Positions 8,268 through 17,751 of a DNA stretch of 64,000 nucleotides are shown in pieces. The first letter of the stretch is position 1, and every line of letters begins with the position of its first letter. Origin of the DNA: a virus. The stretch lies in the IMG/VR virus record IMGVR_UViG_3300042374_000295, positions 4,394-68,393 of that record; one strand, 5' to 3'. Position numbers and translations under genes: made by a program. The notes beneath the pieces were generated by a model. The model was not told the DNA's origin. It worked only from the letters and a program-made list of their open reading frames with translations, and did no database searches.

Positions 8268-10447
8268 TAGTAATTATATGTCTCTACAAAGGTATAGTTA
8301 ATTTCAATATCTTGTTTTTGTTGCTTTTGTATATCCGGCAGGTAGTGGCTTATGCCTAGCATGGCGTATCCCCCTGCGGTAAACATATCAAAGTTCGTCA
8401 TATCGTCCACCCCCTTGATATCCCTCACCTCTATTAGTAGTTGAGAGTGTTTCTCCTTCATGACGTGCCTCTCTATATAGGTCTGGTAGAGCTGAAATAT
8501 TTTTTGTTTAACCTTTTCAGTAGTGTCACCACCTGCTATCATGTCGTGCTTACCCTTCTCCTGCCTGTGGATTAACATTGCGCCGTATCCGTTCTCCTCA
8601 AAGTGCTCCCTGACGAATGGCACGTTTGTCTCTGGGAACATTGGACAGCCCCAGTACACGCACATCATAATCATGTCGTCTCCATACTCCGGCTTTGTGT
8701 CTGGTCTGAACGAGTAGGTGCAGACAAACCTGTTGCTCTGCCACTCCTCGAATGGTTTCTCAAACGGATCCAGCATAATGTCGTGGCCCCAGAACACAGC
8801 ACCTGCACCGTTGGACCTTTTCTTACCCTTGGTTGTGTTAGCCTTGAACGGATCCGCACCTGCGCAGAACTGTACGTTGTCGGCCACGAATGACTCTATG
8901 TTAGAGTCCCAGGTAACCCTGTTGGCCTTGTCTGCCGTTAGTTGGTATGACATCTCAAACCTTCCGTTCTCGTGCGGTATAAACTTAACACCACTCTGGT
9001 ACGGTGTTCCTATCCACTCAAAGTTACCCTTTACTGTCCCCGTCGGATCGCTTGCAATCTCGTCAAGCCTGTCCTCTATCTTGGATATGTTAAAGAATGG
9101 ATCCTTTGAGTTGGATCTGAAGCATCCCCTGTACGTTGTCGGGTGTTCACGCTGAAATTGTAGCAGCTTGTCCTTCTTTGGTAGAGTCTTTAGGTAGTCT
9201 ATTGTGTTGAGGATGTGCTCCTTAGCTCCAACCGTTCCCTTTATATCTTTAGCCTGTTGCTCTGTTGGGTTCTCAATAACGCTGTTGCCGTACCTGTCAA
9301 TGTAACCCTCTAGTCCGTCCCATGTAGGTGTGAACAGGACGTATAAACCTGTAGCGGTCTGGCCGTTTGCGCTACGCTTCCCAAACTGGGAATTTTCGCA
9401 CAGCTCCCTGAACTGCTCACCACCACCTAGCTCCATCTCACCCACCGTTGAGGTGTGTATACTGAAACCGTGTATCTTTGTGCCGGCTCCAGTTGACAGA
9501 CACAGCTGAGCAACCTCCCACCTCTTGTTAATGTCTATGCTTGCCGCCTTACCAACCTCCTCGTGGTGGTAGAAGTAGAGCTTTGTTCCGTCATAGGCTG
9601 TCTCTATAGAGGACCTAAAACTTATCTCACTACCTAAGGACTTGTTTGACTTGTACTTAATACCTGCCTTACCCCTGGACGATGCCGCCCTGAACGCTAG
9701 GAGTGCCTTTGGATCGTCGCCACCGTTGTGGTTGGGCTTGAAGAAGAATGGCATACTGCGCCATGGGTCTATGATGTGTTTCTGGAATACGTCCTTGCCG
9801 GAGTCGTCCGTCATTGACTGAATACCACCACGGGCCTTTATTAGTAGTGTTATAATGCAGTAGTGTATGCAACTAGTCTTGTAGGTTGCGCCCTCGCGCC
9901 TGTGCTTGGGGTAAACAAACCCGTAACACTTTGGATCGTTGTGGCAGTACCTTGCAAAGTGGAAGAAACGTCTGTCCCTGTCACGATACTCAGGCAGGCC
10001 GTGGTCCAACTCAAAGTAGTTTAAGTAAAAATAGTGCCAACCGTCAATATAAGTAGGGACTCCGTTGTTAAAGAACCAGTAACCGTCTAGCCTGCGCCTC
10101 CACTCCCTCTTTATGAACTTAAGTTCCTCCTTGTAGTATTCGGGTTGCTCCTCCATTCTGCCCCATATCTCGTCCTGCGTTAGGAAGTAGCCGTCCTCGT
10201 CCTGGGTCTGTTGCAGCTCAATTATTTTGGATGGGACAATGGTCCTCTCAAACTTTTGGCCTTGAGCCAATTGGCCAAAACCAGGTATTTTATTGAGTTC
10301 TGGCGGACTTGGTAGCGTAACCCTTATCGTGTCAAGGTCCTTGTCCTCCTCGTTGAAGTCAATAAACTCTTGAGCAGGCCCGTAGGTCTCAAGCACCTTA
10401 GCCTTGACTCCCCACCTCTTTGCGTTCCTTACTATATCAATATCCAT
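8267..10447 (-). CDS. terL: Terminase large subunit
   Basis: Walker A-like KHRREGAT, GYWF.NNG.PTYI.G.HY motif, Walker B-like YHHEEVGK, nuclease motifs GADPF and PETN. Confidence 0.9.
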   Translation of the reverse strand: MDIDIVRNAKRWGVKAKVLETYGPAQEFIDFNEEDKDLDTIRVTLPSPPELNKIPGFGQLAQGQKFERTIVPSKIIELQQTQDEDGYFLTQDEIWGRMEEQPEYYKEELKFIKREWRRRLDGYWFFNNGVPTYIDGWHYFYLNYFELDHGLPEYRDRDRRFFHFARYCHNDPKCYGFVYPKHRREGATYKTSCIHYCIITLLIKARGGIQSMTDDSGKDVFQKHIIDPWRSMPFFFKPNHNGGDDPKALLAFRAASSRGKAGIKYKSNKSLGSEISFRSSIETAYDGTKLYFYHHEEVGKAASIDINKRWEVAQLCLSTGAGTKIHGFSIHTSTVGEMELGGGEQFRELCENSQFGKRSANGQTATGLYVLFTPTWDGLEGYIDRYGNSVIENPTEQQAKDIKGTVGAKEHILNTIDYLKTLPKKDKLLQFQREHPTTYRGCFRSNSKDPFFNISKIEDRLDEIASDPTGTVKGNFEWIGTPYQSGVKFIPHENGRFEMSYQLTADKANRVTWDSNIESFVADNVQFCAGADPFKANTTKGKKRSNGAGAVFWGHDIMLDPFEKPFEEWQSNRFVCTYSFRPDTKPEYGDDMIMMCVYWGCPMFPETNVPFVREHFEENGYGAMLIHRQEKGKHDMIAGGDTTEKVKQKIFQLYQTYIERHVMKEKHSQLLIEVRDIKGVDDMTNFDMFTAGGYAMLGISHYLPDIQKQQKQDIEINYTFVETYNY

Positions 10448-11075
10448 CCTCGTCGTCTGTTACAGATTCTGCAATTCCTTTCTCTCTTATGTCCTGCGCA
10501 ATGTCCTCAGGTGATAGTCGGAGCTTGTCGCTATTGATTGACTTGTACAGGGACTTTAGTAAACCCTTGTCCTGGTCGTGCTCTAGGATGTCGTTGATTG
10601 CTACCTCATACGCAACCTTTGTCTTCTCAAGGTCCGTGATTTTAGCTGACTGTCCAAGTAGAACGTCCTTTAAAATCTGATAGTACATTGTTTCTAGTAG
10701 CACAACGTGGGAGTAACCTACGTTACAGTGCAACTTTACAAACGCTACAATCATGTCAGCCACGTTAGGACTTCTTCCCTGTAGCACATCTTCCACCTCT
10801 GGGGCAAATGTCTTGCCTTCCAGGCCGTACCCTGCGTCAATTATTGCACGTACCTTTCTCTGTGTGATGTCCTTGTACTTAACCCTGTAGGGTGAGTTTT
10901 TGTCGTACACATATGCTATGTATTTGATAATCTTATTGTTATCTAAATTCTTTAGCTTTTTCTCAAACTCTGAGTAGAGCCTAAGTTCTGGGAACTGTGT
11001 TAAAAAACTTACGCCCTCGTCAGCTGCGTAAACATTAAACATCATTCGTTTGAAGTCGTCGGGAGTAAATTCCAT
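10437..11075 (-). CDS. Putative terminase small subunit
   Basis: Overlaps the TerL start; IIKYIAYVYDKNSPY segment; assignment by position. Confidence 0.5.
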   Translation of the reverse strand: MEFTPDDFKRMMFNVYAADEGVSFLTQFPELRLYSEFEKKLKNLDNNKIIKYIAYVYDKNSPYRVKYKDITQRKVRAIIDAGYGLEGKTFAPEVEDVLQGRSPNVADMIVAFVKLHCNVGYSHVVLLETMYYQILKDVLLGQSAKITDLEKTKVAYEVAINDILEHDQDKGLLKSLYKSINSDKLRLSPEDIAQDIREKGIAESVTDDEDGY

Positions 11076-11080
11076 TATTG

Positions 11081-11110
11081 CAAAGTTACGATTTATTTTT
11101 TATCTTGTTT
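11081..11110 (-). promoter_or_regulatory. Late-class promoter variant AAACAAG-N15-TAACTTTG
   Basis: 5 nt before the ATG at 11075; spacer shares ATAAAAAATAAATC with the promoter at 37566-37596. Confidence 0.55.
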
Positions 11111-11646
11111 CTATTTGAGGTCATTGACATGGGCCTGGTGTTGTCCTTGATCTTTTGTATTACTGATTCTGGTATCTTTAGCTCGGTGTCGTTGTTCATT
11201 ACAACCTTACCAAGTGGGTACTCGTAGTTTAGGGTGAGCACTATCTTGGTGTCCTGGAACTCGTACTTTGTTATGCAGTACGCCTCGGTTGATTTTATTA
11301 GTATGTGCCCGAAATCTATTTCGATACGATTAGATACGCAAATATCCATAAGCAGATACGCAGAAAGTTTCCTAATAGAAAACAATTTGAAGTCTGTGCG
11401 TATGTTTATCCTGGCCTTGTTGTGCCTGAGCACTTCCTTCATTGTAGCCCGGCTAACTATTGGTGCCCGTATCTTGGCCAAGGTTCTTAGTACCATCATC
11501 CTCTTCCTGCACTGGTAGTAAGGTGTTCCGCAGTGGTTGTAGTGCCAGCCCTTGTCGTAACCTACGCTTGCGGCAAAGTCATGCAACTCCTTGAACCCGT
11601 CTGCCGGGTTGTCGCTCGCAAAGATATATAGGTCTGTGTAGATCAC
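11086..11646 (-). CDS. Protein with N-terminal DUF4031-like domain
   Basis: MIYTD...ELHDFAASVG..W resembles the DUF4031 ELHAFAARIG motif. Confidence 0.45.
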   Translation of the reverse strand: MIYTDLYIFASDNPADGFKELHDFAASVGYDKGWHYNHCGTPYYQCRKRMMVLRTLAKIRAPIVSRATMKEVLRHNKARINIRTDFKLFSIRKLSAYLLMDICVSNRIEIDFGHILIKSTEAYCITKYEFQDTKIVLTLNYEYPLGKVVMNNDTELKIPESVIQKIKDNTRPMSMTSNRNKIKNKS

Positions 11647-12068
11647 TCCTTCATGTAGGTGTTGATTATCTTGACGGCCATGTCAAGGCTCCAGCAGAAC
11701 TCAGCCTTGTAGCCTAGAGACCTTAGATTCCTAAGTGCCCTGTCCTGCTCCTCAAGGTGGTCGTATACTTCCGTGACTACTCCGCCTGTCTTTACCTTGA
11801 CTATCTGCTTCTTCAGCTCTCCGTCAATTTTGTATGGCGTCACCTGCTTCAGCTCTAGGAACAGTCCGCTGTATCCATTACTTGGCTTGAATATCATAAG
11901 ATCAGGACAAGAAAAATTTTTTTTCTGAATTGATTTATTTCTAACTCTTTGTGGAATAGTTAAATTAATGTTTGATATTGCGTCTGACAGGAACGGTATG
12001 TCCGTGTACTGCATCTCCAGGAACTTGCATATGGCAGCCTGTAGTTTAAATTCTGTGTGTGTTGCCAT
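11643..12068 (-). CDS. VRR-NUC / PD-(D/E)xK nuclease
   Basis: TEFKLQ, CPDLMI, GLFLELK and Q...LRSLGYKAEFCWS motifs. Confidence 0.8.
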   Translation of the reverse strand: MATHTEFKLQAAICKFLEMQYTDIPFLSDAISNINLTIPQRVRNKSIQKKNFSCPDLMIFKPSNGYSGLFLELKQVTPYKIDGELKKQIVKVKTGGVVTEVYDHLEEQDRALRNLRSLGYKAEFCWSLDMAVKIINTYMKE

Positions 12069-12341
12069 TAGTATACTCTGTATTTATATTTTCTTAGCTG
12101 TACCTTGCGCGCGAAACGCAGCCACTTGAATCCAATGTAGTAGATCTTTAGGCTATTGTTTCCATATATGTAAACACTTGGAGTCAGGTAGAACTCCCCT
12201 ATCATAAAGTCTTTAGTTATCTGTATGTGCATATAATAATGTGCAATTTGGTGTTTTTATATGTTTTTACATATTATATTATACCCGTATGCGTACAATA
12301 CCTTACATTAAGGCCTGTTTTATACCTTAACGGGGGGTTTA

Positions 12342-13157
12342 TCATACATTAAGTATACCGTGGATTAGGCAGCTCTGTAGTCTCCAGTAGGACTCGTTGC
12401 CGTTAAATGTCTTGTGGTCGTCCGCCTCAAGTGGGACGTCAATACTCTTGTCCACTATGGCAAGCTCCCCTGGAGTAACAACCTGGTCGTAGTATACACC
12501 GTTGATGTACTCCTTGTTTGGCTTACCGGCGTAGCATATCCTGACCTTCTTCTTGTTGGCCTTGGTCATGCTCGCAGGCAGCTCAATGTACTGCGACTTC
12601 AGCTCCTTCTCGACAGGTTGAACTAGGATGTAACCGTTCAGCATAACCACGTTGTATATCTCCTTGTCGTTCATAACAATGCCCTGCTCCTGCTTCCAGT
12701 TTTCTGTGATGTACTTCTTGTCCGAGGTCTTGTAGCTCTTCCAGAACACGTCCTCCTCTGTAGGAGTCCAACGTCTCTTGGCTAGGTATATGTACTGGTA
12801 AGGGCAGAAGAAGTACTCGTTGCCGTCAAGTGTGAACGCCCTCTTGTCATCACCAAACGCATTGACGTAGGCAAGGTAGTGGATGATAACCTCGTCCCCT
12901 ACACGCAGCTCCATGTCCGTCCTCCAGTCCATAGACTCCTGCTTCTGGATGTACTTGCCGGTCCTAGGGTTTATATCCGTGGTGAACCCGTAGATTAGTC
13001 TGTCTGGGACAGAAACAACCTCGCACACAACGTCCGAGTGTTTCTCCTTGGCGAATGATGTGTCTAGGTAGAGGATCTGTCCACCCTCCAGTTTAATCTT
13101 TGAGTTGTCTACCTTTGCCTTTAGTAGGACAAAATTATTTAATGGTTTAACTTGCAT
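12342..13157 (-). CDS. GroES-like co-chaperonin with two tandem GroES-like domains
   Basis: MQVKPLNNFVLLK...GGQILYL...VVSVP...LRVGDEV and a second MLNGYILVQPVEKE...ICYAG unit. Confidence 0.65.
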   Translation of the reverse strand: MQVKPLNNFVLLKAKVDNSKIKLEGGQILYLDTSFAKEKHSDVVCEVVSVPDRLIYGFTTDINPRTGKYIQKQESMDWRTDMELRVGDEVIIHYLAYVNAFGDDKRAFTLDGNEYFFCPYQYIYLAKRRWTPTEEDVFWKSYKTSDKKYITENWKQEQGIVMNDKEIYNVVMLNGYILVQPVEKELKSQYIELPASMTKANKKKVRICYAGKPNKEYINGVYYDQVVTPGELAIVDKSIDVPLEADDHKTFNGNESYWRLQSCLIHGILNV

Positions 13158-13458
13158 TTTCTGTTGGTTTATATTCTTCGTAGAAGTATGTGTCTGGGAG
13201 CTTGATAAACTTCCACTTGTTTTTCTTGTTTAGCTTGGCGACCTCCTCCTTGTACTGGGTGTTCCTCTCTGTGAAGGCTTCGTGGTAGTCCCTGTCCCTA
13301 ACGAATAGGTCGGTCAGAAACTCTGCGTCTATCGGGAACAGCTCCCTGATAACCTTGTCTGTCTCAAATGTAAACTTGCGCTTCTCCTCCCTGTTCATAG
13401 GTTTAGCTATGATTGTGTAGTAGGCGTCTATTGGGGTAAGTGTTGGCTTAAGGTTCAT
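13147..13458 (-). CDS. Hypothetical protein
   Basis: ORF tightly coupled to its neighbours. Confidence 0.6.
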   Translation of the reverse strand: MNLKPTLTPIDAYYTIIAKPMNREEKRKFTFETDKVIRELFPIDAEFLTDLFVRDRDYHEAFTERNTQYKEEVAKLNKKNKWKFIKLPDTYFYEEYKPTENAS

Positions 13459-13785
13459 ATGTATTTTCTTTGATAATTTCTTGAAGTTCTAATTAGTGCG
13501 AATCTATCTTGTTTTGCTAACCATTCTTTAATTTTATTGCTCATATGTACGAGTCATTGGTTTGGTTTTTTGTAAATTTTGTCAAGTTATTGGTTTGTAT
13601 TTTGTAATTATCCGAGTTAATGTGTTATATATTGCACTATCGCCTACCTTTTTGTATCCTACAAGACTCGTTATATGTTTTTGTGCTATATGTCGCACTT
13701 TTTTATACATCATCATTAAACGTCCCCTGCCTGTACAGGTACAGCCCTATAAGTATTACGGCCGCTGTGCTAAGTGTTAAAAATA

Positions 13786-13983
13786 TTATAGTTTCCATTG
13801 GTTAAGTGTCTTATTCTCTGTTAGTGTTATGTCGTTTGAGTCGTAGTGTCTAATCTTCCCGTCCTGGCAGTTTGCTATAACCCATATTGTGTTAATCTGC
13901 GGTCCGTAGTCGATTATAAACAATGGCACTCCCTGTCCATGTGGCGTGTTCATATACATTGTCTGTTTAATCTCGTGTATCAT
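13786..13983 (-). CDS. Small hypothetical phage protein
   Basis: TPHGQG...IDYG...NTIWV...DGKIRH pattern recalled from environmental phages. Confidence 0.6.
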   Translation of the reverse strand: MIHEIKQTMYMNTPHGQGVPLFIIDYGPQINTIWVIANCQDGKIRHYDSNDITLTENKTLNQWKL

Positions 13984-14223
13984 ATGTGCTCATAGTGATC
14001 TGGAAACCCGTCGTACGTCTCCATTAATCCATAGAGTGCTCTTGGGTTGGATCTTCGGTTATGGCCTGGTAGGTGACAAGGTAGGATGCCGGGACCTCTG
14101 CCACTGGATCCTTTCCAAGCCAGTAGGACATAAGCCCATTTGTTAGGTAGTGTGTGTCCCACACAAACTGAATGGGAGCCCTGTCGGTCTGGAGCGTGTG
14201 CACGGTTGCTATGTATTTTGATT

Positions 14224-14568
14224 TCATTTTATTGTCGGTTTGTTGTATGTCTTCTCTAGCCACACCTTAAGCTCGTGGCTGCTTCGTCTTTCGTTCTGTA
14301 GGTAGAACAGGTCCCATATGTCCTGCCACGGTGACCTTGGCTCTACCGGTTTCTCTGGGTAGACCTGTATGATGTGGGCCTGCTTATCCTTGAGCTCAAA
14401 CTCAACCCACACGTCACAATTATTTGAAAAACTGTGACACTTTACCGTCTTGCCAACTATGTGCCCAGGGATCTCGTTGTAGTCCCTGTAGTGCACCTCG
14501 TTAGTATCGCAGTCGTACAGTCCTATCATATATCCTCGCACCATATGGGTGTCTTCTCGCCAACCCAC
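14224..14568 (-). CDS. Hypothetical protein (true start probably MIGLYDC near 14529)
   Basis: ORF within a coupled gene string. Confidence 0.5.
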   Translation of the reverse strand: MGWREDTHMVRGYMIGLYDCDTNEVHYRDYNEIPGHIVGKTVKCHSFSNNCDVWVEFELKDKQAHIIQVYPEKPVEPRSPWQDIWDLFYLQNERRSSHELKVWLEKTYNKPTIK

Positions 14569-14765
14569 GATCCGGCTATGTTGTAGTAGAAGTGGTCAAG
14601 TGCGTCCTCCTCTGTCATTCCCTCGGCCATGAGTATCTCAATACACTTCTTCATTGAATATATAAGCCTGAAGTCTCTGGTGCAGATACCTATCACAGCG
14701 TCATCAAAGCCGTCTGCCTTTAATAACTCCTCGTCCCCGTATGATTCTATTAGTCTATCTAACAT
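14526..14765 (-). CDS. Conserved hypothetical phage protein (xDGFDxAxIG family)
   Basis: LLKADGFDDAVIG...IYS..KCIEIL...M..EDA...FYYNI.G.WVGEKTP. Confidence 0.7.
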   Translation of the reverse strand: MLDRLIESYGDEELLKADGFDDAVIGICTRDFRLIYSMKKCIEILMAEGMTEEDALDHFYYNIAGSWVGEKTPIWCEDI

Positions 14766-14766
14766 A

Positions 14767-15078
14767 CTACGCGTCTCCCTTAGGTCCCATTAAACTTGGA
14801 TTGTAACCGTTATCCCTCTCCTTGATATTGCTGTGCGCCAGCTCTGCCGCTACGGTCAGCACAATCATGGTAAGCTCATCGGACGCCTTACACGAGGTGT
14901 ACAGCGCGGAGGCTAGGCAGGGCCCTGTACCCACAATTGCTGTAATGGCTGCCTGGCCGCTGTTGGTTACAAGCATAAACCCCTGGTCAGGGTTTTTTTC
15001 TTCGTTCATTAACTCGCTCACCTTTTCGGCAAGCTTTACCAATTTTTTTAGTTCTGGGTTCTTTACTTCCTGTTTCAT
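14767..15078 (-). CDS. Hypothetical protein
   Basis: ORF preceded by the promoter at 15086-15117. Confidence 0.6.
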   Translation of the reverse strand: MKQEVKNPELKKLVKLAEKVSELMNEEKNPDQGFMLVTNSGQAAITAIVGTGPCLASALYTSCKASDELTMIVLTVAAELAHSNIKERDNGYNPSLMGPKGDA

Positions 15079-15085
15079 AATGGAG

Positions 15086-15117
15086 CAAATATATATAAGA
15101 ATATATTACTATGCAAA
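15086..15117 (-). promoter_or_regulatory. Promoter TTTG(CATAGTAA)-N20-TATATTTG
   Basis: Bacteroidota consensus with the shared TTTGCATAGTAA extension. Confidence 0.7.
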
Positions 15118-15119
15118 TT

Positions 15120-15293
15120 TTATTTTAATGTCTTTGACTCAACCTCCCTAATAATCTGATCAACAGCCGTAAGTATCCTGTCCCTGGCAGACGTGGCGTA
15201 GAACGCATTGGGTGACGCGTAGCCAAATATGGCCGCTACGTCTAGCTGCTTGAAGTACCTCTTGTAGGGCCTAACCTTTTTCCTTGCTTTCAT
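15120..15293 (-). CDS. Small basic HTH-like protein (57 aa)
   Basis: Manual translation MKARKKVRPYKRYFKQLDVAAIFGYASPNAF...; TATATTTG lies 5 nt upstream of the ATG. Confidence 0.55.
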   Translation of the reverse strand: MKARKKVRPYKRYFKQLDVAAIFGYASPNAFYATSARDRILTAVDQIIREVESKTLK

Positions 15294-15414
15294 GACGGCA
15301 AATATAGTACAAAATCATAGCATATGCTAAGTTTTACACGCGGTGGAGACAAATATTCTGGGGGTAAGTATGCCCTATAGGTATGCTATTATCTAACTAT
15401 CTGATACTCATCAA

Positions 15415-15464
15415 GATTTGCTTTTTTTGCTTTTGTTTGCTTTCGTTTGCTTTAGTTTGCTTTA
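15415..15464. repeat. Iteron-like array of five TTTGCTTT units, 9-10 bp period
   Basis: Seen directly; matches 26966-27004 in inverted orientation. Confidence 0.75.
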
Positions 15465-15929
15465 TTGTAATTCGGTTCTCCTTAGGGATCCTCTTTATAT
15501 CTATAGATTTTTTTCCTTTATGTTGGGAGAGTAGGCTCTAACTAGGCATACCCCTATATTGCTAACCTACCCCACTGTCATTTACTAAGGCACTGGGGGC
15601 CTGTTCTACTTAACCAGGGGGCCATCTTTACTAAAGGGGGTGGGCTCTAAGTGTTTGGGTGAGGTGAATAGGTAGGATACCCATACCTCGCAAACTAAAC
15701 CAAGACAAACCATACTAACCCACCCCACCTTTCAACTATCTAATTGTCAATCAGTTGAGTCGAACAAAGTAAGTAAACTTATCTGACTTAAAGTAAGTGC
15801 AAGGCAAGTGATAGCAAGGGGTAGCGTGTGGTGTGCCATGCTTAGCACCAATGTAAGCAAGGTGGTGCACATGGGGTAGGGTAGGGGAGGGGTTGATACA
15901 CAAGGGGTTGAGAGGGGTAGAAAGCATCT

Positions 15930-15957
15930 AGTTAACATAATGTTTATTATAAGACAG
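15930..15957 (-). other. dif-like XerC/XerD recombination site
   Basis: Minus strand CTGTCTTATAA-TAAACA-TTATGTTAACT; 11-6-11 layout, right arm 10/11 identical to the E. coli XerD arm TTATGTTAAAT. Confidence 0.7.
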
Positions 15958-16182
15958 AAGTGGAGGCTAAATAGCAAGACTTCCATACAGCCCTTCTAAG
16001 CGACTATCTCCCTAGGAAAGGTATCTAAGGTAGGGTGAGGGGGAGAAAGTGTGGTGCAAGGCGTATCTTTGACTGCAAAAGGCAAGTTCCCTCCCTCACT
16101 TTCCATCTCAAAAAAAGTCGGCCAAGAATAATACACCTCTCGCCTCTCTTCCCTATCTTTGCTGACCATTACAATACATCCC

Positions 16183-16839
16183 ATGTCAGTAGAGCATACA
16201 TATACCAAGCATCCTAAAGGTAAGCATAGAGCATCTGACGAGGTGGAGAGCGTTCTCCCCTCTGCTGAGTATAAAGCCTTATTGTCTTCCATCCCTATTA
16301 AGCACATAATGAATGATGATAGAGTTAAGACTGCCATGTTTAGACGGCAATGCCATAGGGAGGAAGTTAACGAGGGTATTCGCCTAGGTAAAGAGTCCTT
16401 AGCCTTTGGATATCTTGTTGGATTAATCCTTCCTTCCGTGGTGGCTAAGGTGCAGTCATCTGCCTTGTCTCCCTTTCGCTCTCTGACTGCGCACCATGTC
16501 CATGTGTTGTTGTGTGTGTGGGTAGTTCAGCAGTTGAATGATGGTGTAGTAAGGCTTGGGCAGTTATTACCCTACAATAAGAAGGATACAACAACTCAGA
16601 GGCGCAAGGTGTTGGGTGAGCTAATCTCTCTAGGCTATGTGGAAGAATTGAACCACTTGGATGTACACGCACGGAGTGGCAAGGTCTTGAAGCCTATATT
16701 CAATAACTCCAATACCACTAAACACTATGCTCTGACAAGGCTTGGCGAGAGGTTGACCGACGAATTTAATGCCATGTTCAGCAAGGCTCACTCCAAGGCC
16801 ATTGGTGAGTTTTGGATTTCCTCCCTAGACAAGCTATAA
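16183..16839 (+). CDS. Winged-helix (MarR-like) DNA-binding protein
   Basis: LTAHHVHVLL...LGELISLGYVE...YALTRLGE wHTH pattern; start uncertain. Confidence 0.5.
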   Translation: MSVEHTYTKHPKGKHRASDEVESVLPSAEYKALLSSIPIKHIMNDDRVKTAMFRRQCHREEVNEGIRLGKESLAFGYLVGLILPSVVAKVQSSALSPFRSLTAHHVHVLLCVWVVQQLNDGVVRLGQLLPYNKKDTTTQRRKVLGELISLGYVEELNHLDVHARSGKVLKPIFNNSNTTKHYALTRLGERLTDEFNAMFSKAHSKAIGEFWISSLDKL

Positions 16840-17089
16840 TAACTATCTATTTCTCAGAGGCTTACAAGCAAGTCTCACGCATTCATTGGGTTTGCCGATA
16901 TTCGGTGTTTTTGATGCCTAACTTTGGCCAATAATTGCTGTTTTTTGGCTTAAAAATGGATTCTTCTAAAATTATTTACAAAATTATTCTCTCTCATTTT
17001 CAATAGGTTACAATCTATTTTGTACTTTTTTTAAAAATATATTTTTTTTATTGAATTATCTGCCCGAGTATTGCACCACTGAATCGGAC

Positions 17090-17415
17090 TATTAATATTC
17101 TCCCACATTCAGCAGTTCTTTCACTTATCTTATGTATGTATGCGAGGCCTCTAGTAAGGCACGACATATTGCACCATATATACACAAGACATTTGTGGTT
17201 CTGAAACCACACCGACCGAAAATCTAATGCCGTGAGGCAGTAAGAGGGTTATCCAAACTATGAGCAGACAAAGTAAGACCATAGGGAAACAAGTAGGGAG
17301 TGTGGCGAAGAGTTCTTTGAAATATAGGGTTTGTTACCCGACCAATTGGCACGATAAGTAGTAGGCAACCCACGAGGGGCAAAAGCCGAAGCGAATGTGC
17401 ATAATCTAACAATTC
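17090..17415 (+). ncRNA. Structured early leader with boxA-like sites
   Basis: ORF-poor; stems TGTATGTATG/CATATATACA, GCCT/AGGC, TGTGGTT/AACCACA, TGCC-GTGA-GGCA; AGTTCTTT near 17114 and AGTTCTTTGAAA at 17311-17322. Confidence 0.45.
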
Positions 17416-17422
17416 TTCTATA

Positions 17423-17503
17423 AAGCAGATTTAAAAATGGTGTACAAGTTTAAAGGTCGACATCGGCTCTTGATGTGAGGTTCGATTCCTCGCTCTGCTT
17501 CCA
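17423..17503 (+). ncRNA. tRNA-like element 1 (degenerate; acceptor stem, T-arm, CCA)
   Basis: AAGCAGA...GTGAGG-TTCGATT-CCTCGC-TCTGCTT-CCA with internal ATGGTgtaCA; no canonical anticodon arm. Confidence 0.65.
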
Positions 17504-17516
17504 CAATTTTAACAAT

Positions 17517-17744
17517 ATGGCTATCAAATTAAAGCGATTAAACGAAGGCAATTATACCTTCGAAAGCACACACTACAAAGTAAGCGTATACAAATACCAA
17601 AGCAATGGCGAGACCTTATGGACATACGAGGTTACTCGCAAGAGCGATGGCTTCACACTACGCAATTGGAATGACCCTTTTTACACCATGAAAGCGTGTA
17701 AATTAGGGGTGGAATCAGAATTAATAGACCTACCTTTAATATAA
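17517..17744 (+). CDS. Early hypothetical protein
   Basis: Likely start MAIKLK just after tRNA-like element 1. Confidence 0.6.
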   Translation: MAIKLKRLNEGNYTFESTHYKVSVYKYQSNGETLWTYEVTRKSDGFTLRNWNDPFYTMKACKLGVESELIDLPLI

Positions 17745-17751
17745 ATATATC

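Noticed and set aside
17225-17250. Possible twister ribozyme (TAATGCCGTGAGGCAGTAAGAGGG)
   Set aside because: I could not build the required P1/P2/P4 stems and two pseudoknots
17423-17503. Canonical tRNA (possible CTC anticodon in ACATC-GGCTCTT-GATGT)
   Set aside because: The loop lacks the pyrimidine-U33 start, the stem overlaps the T-stem, and there is no variable region or proper D-arm; reported as tRNA-like instead
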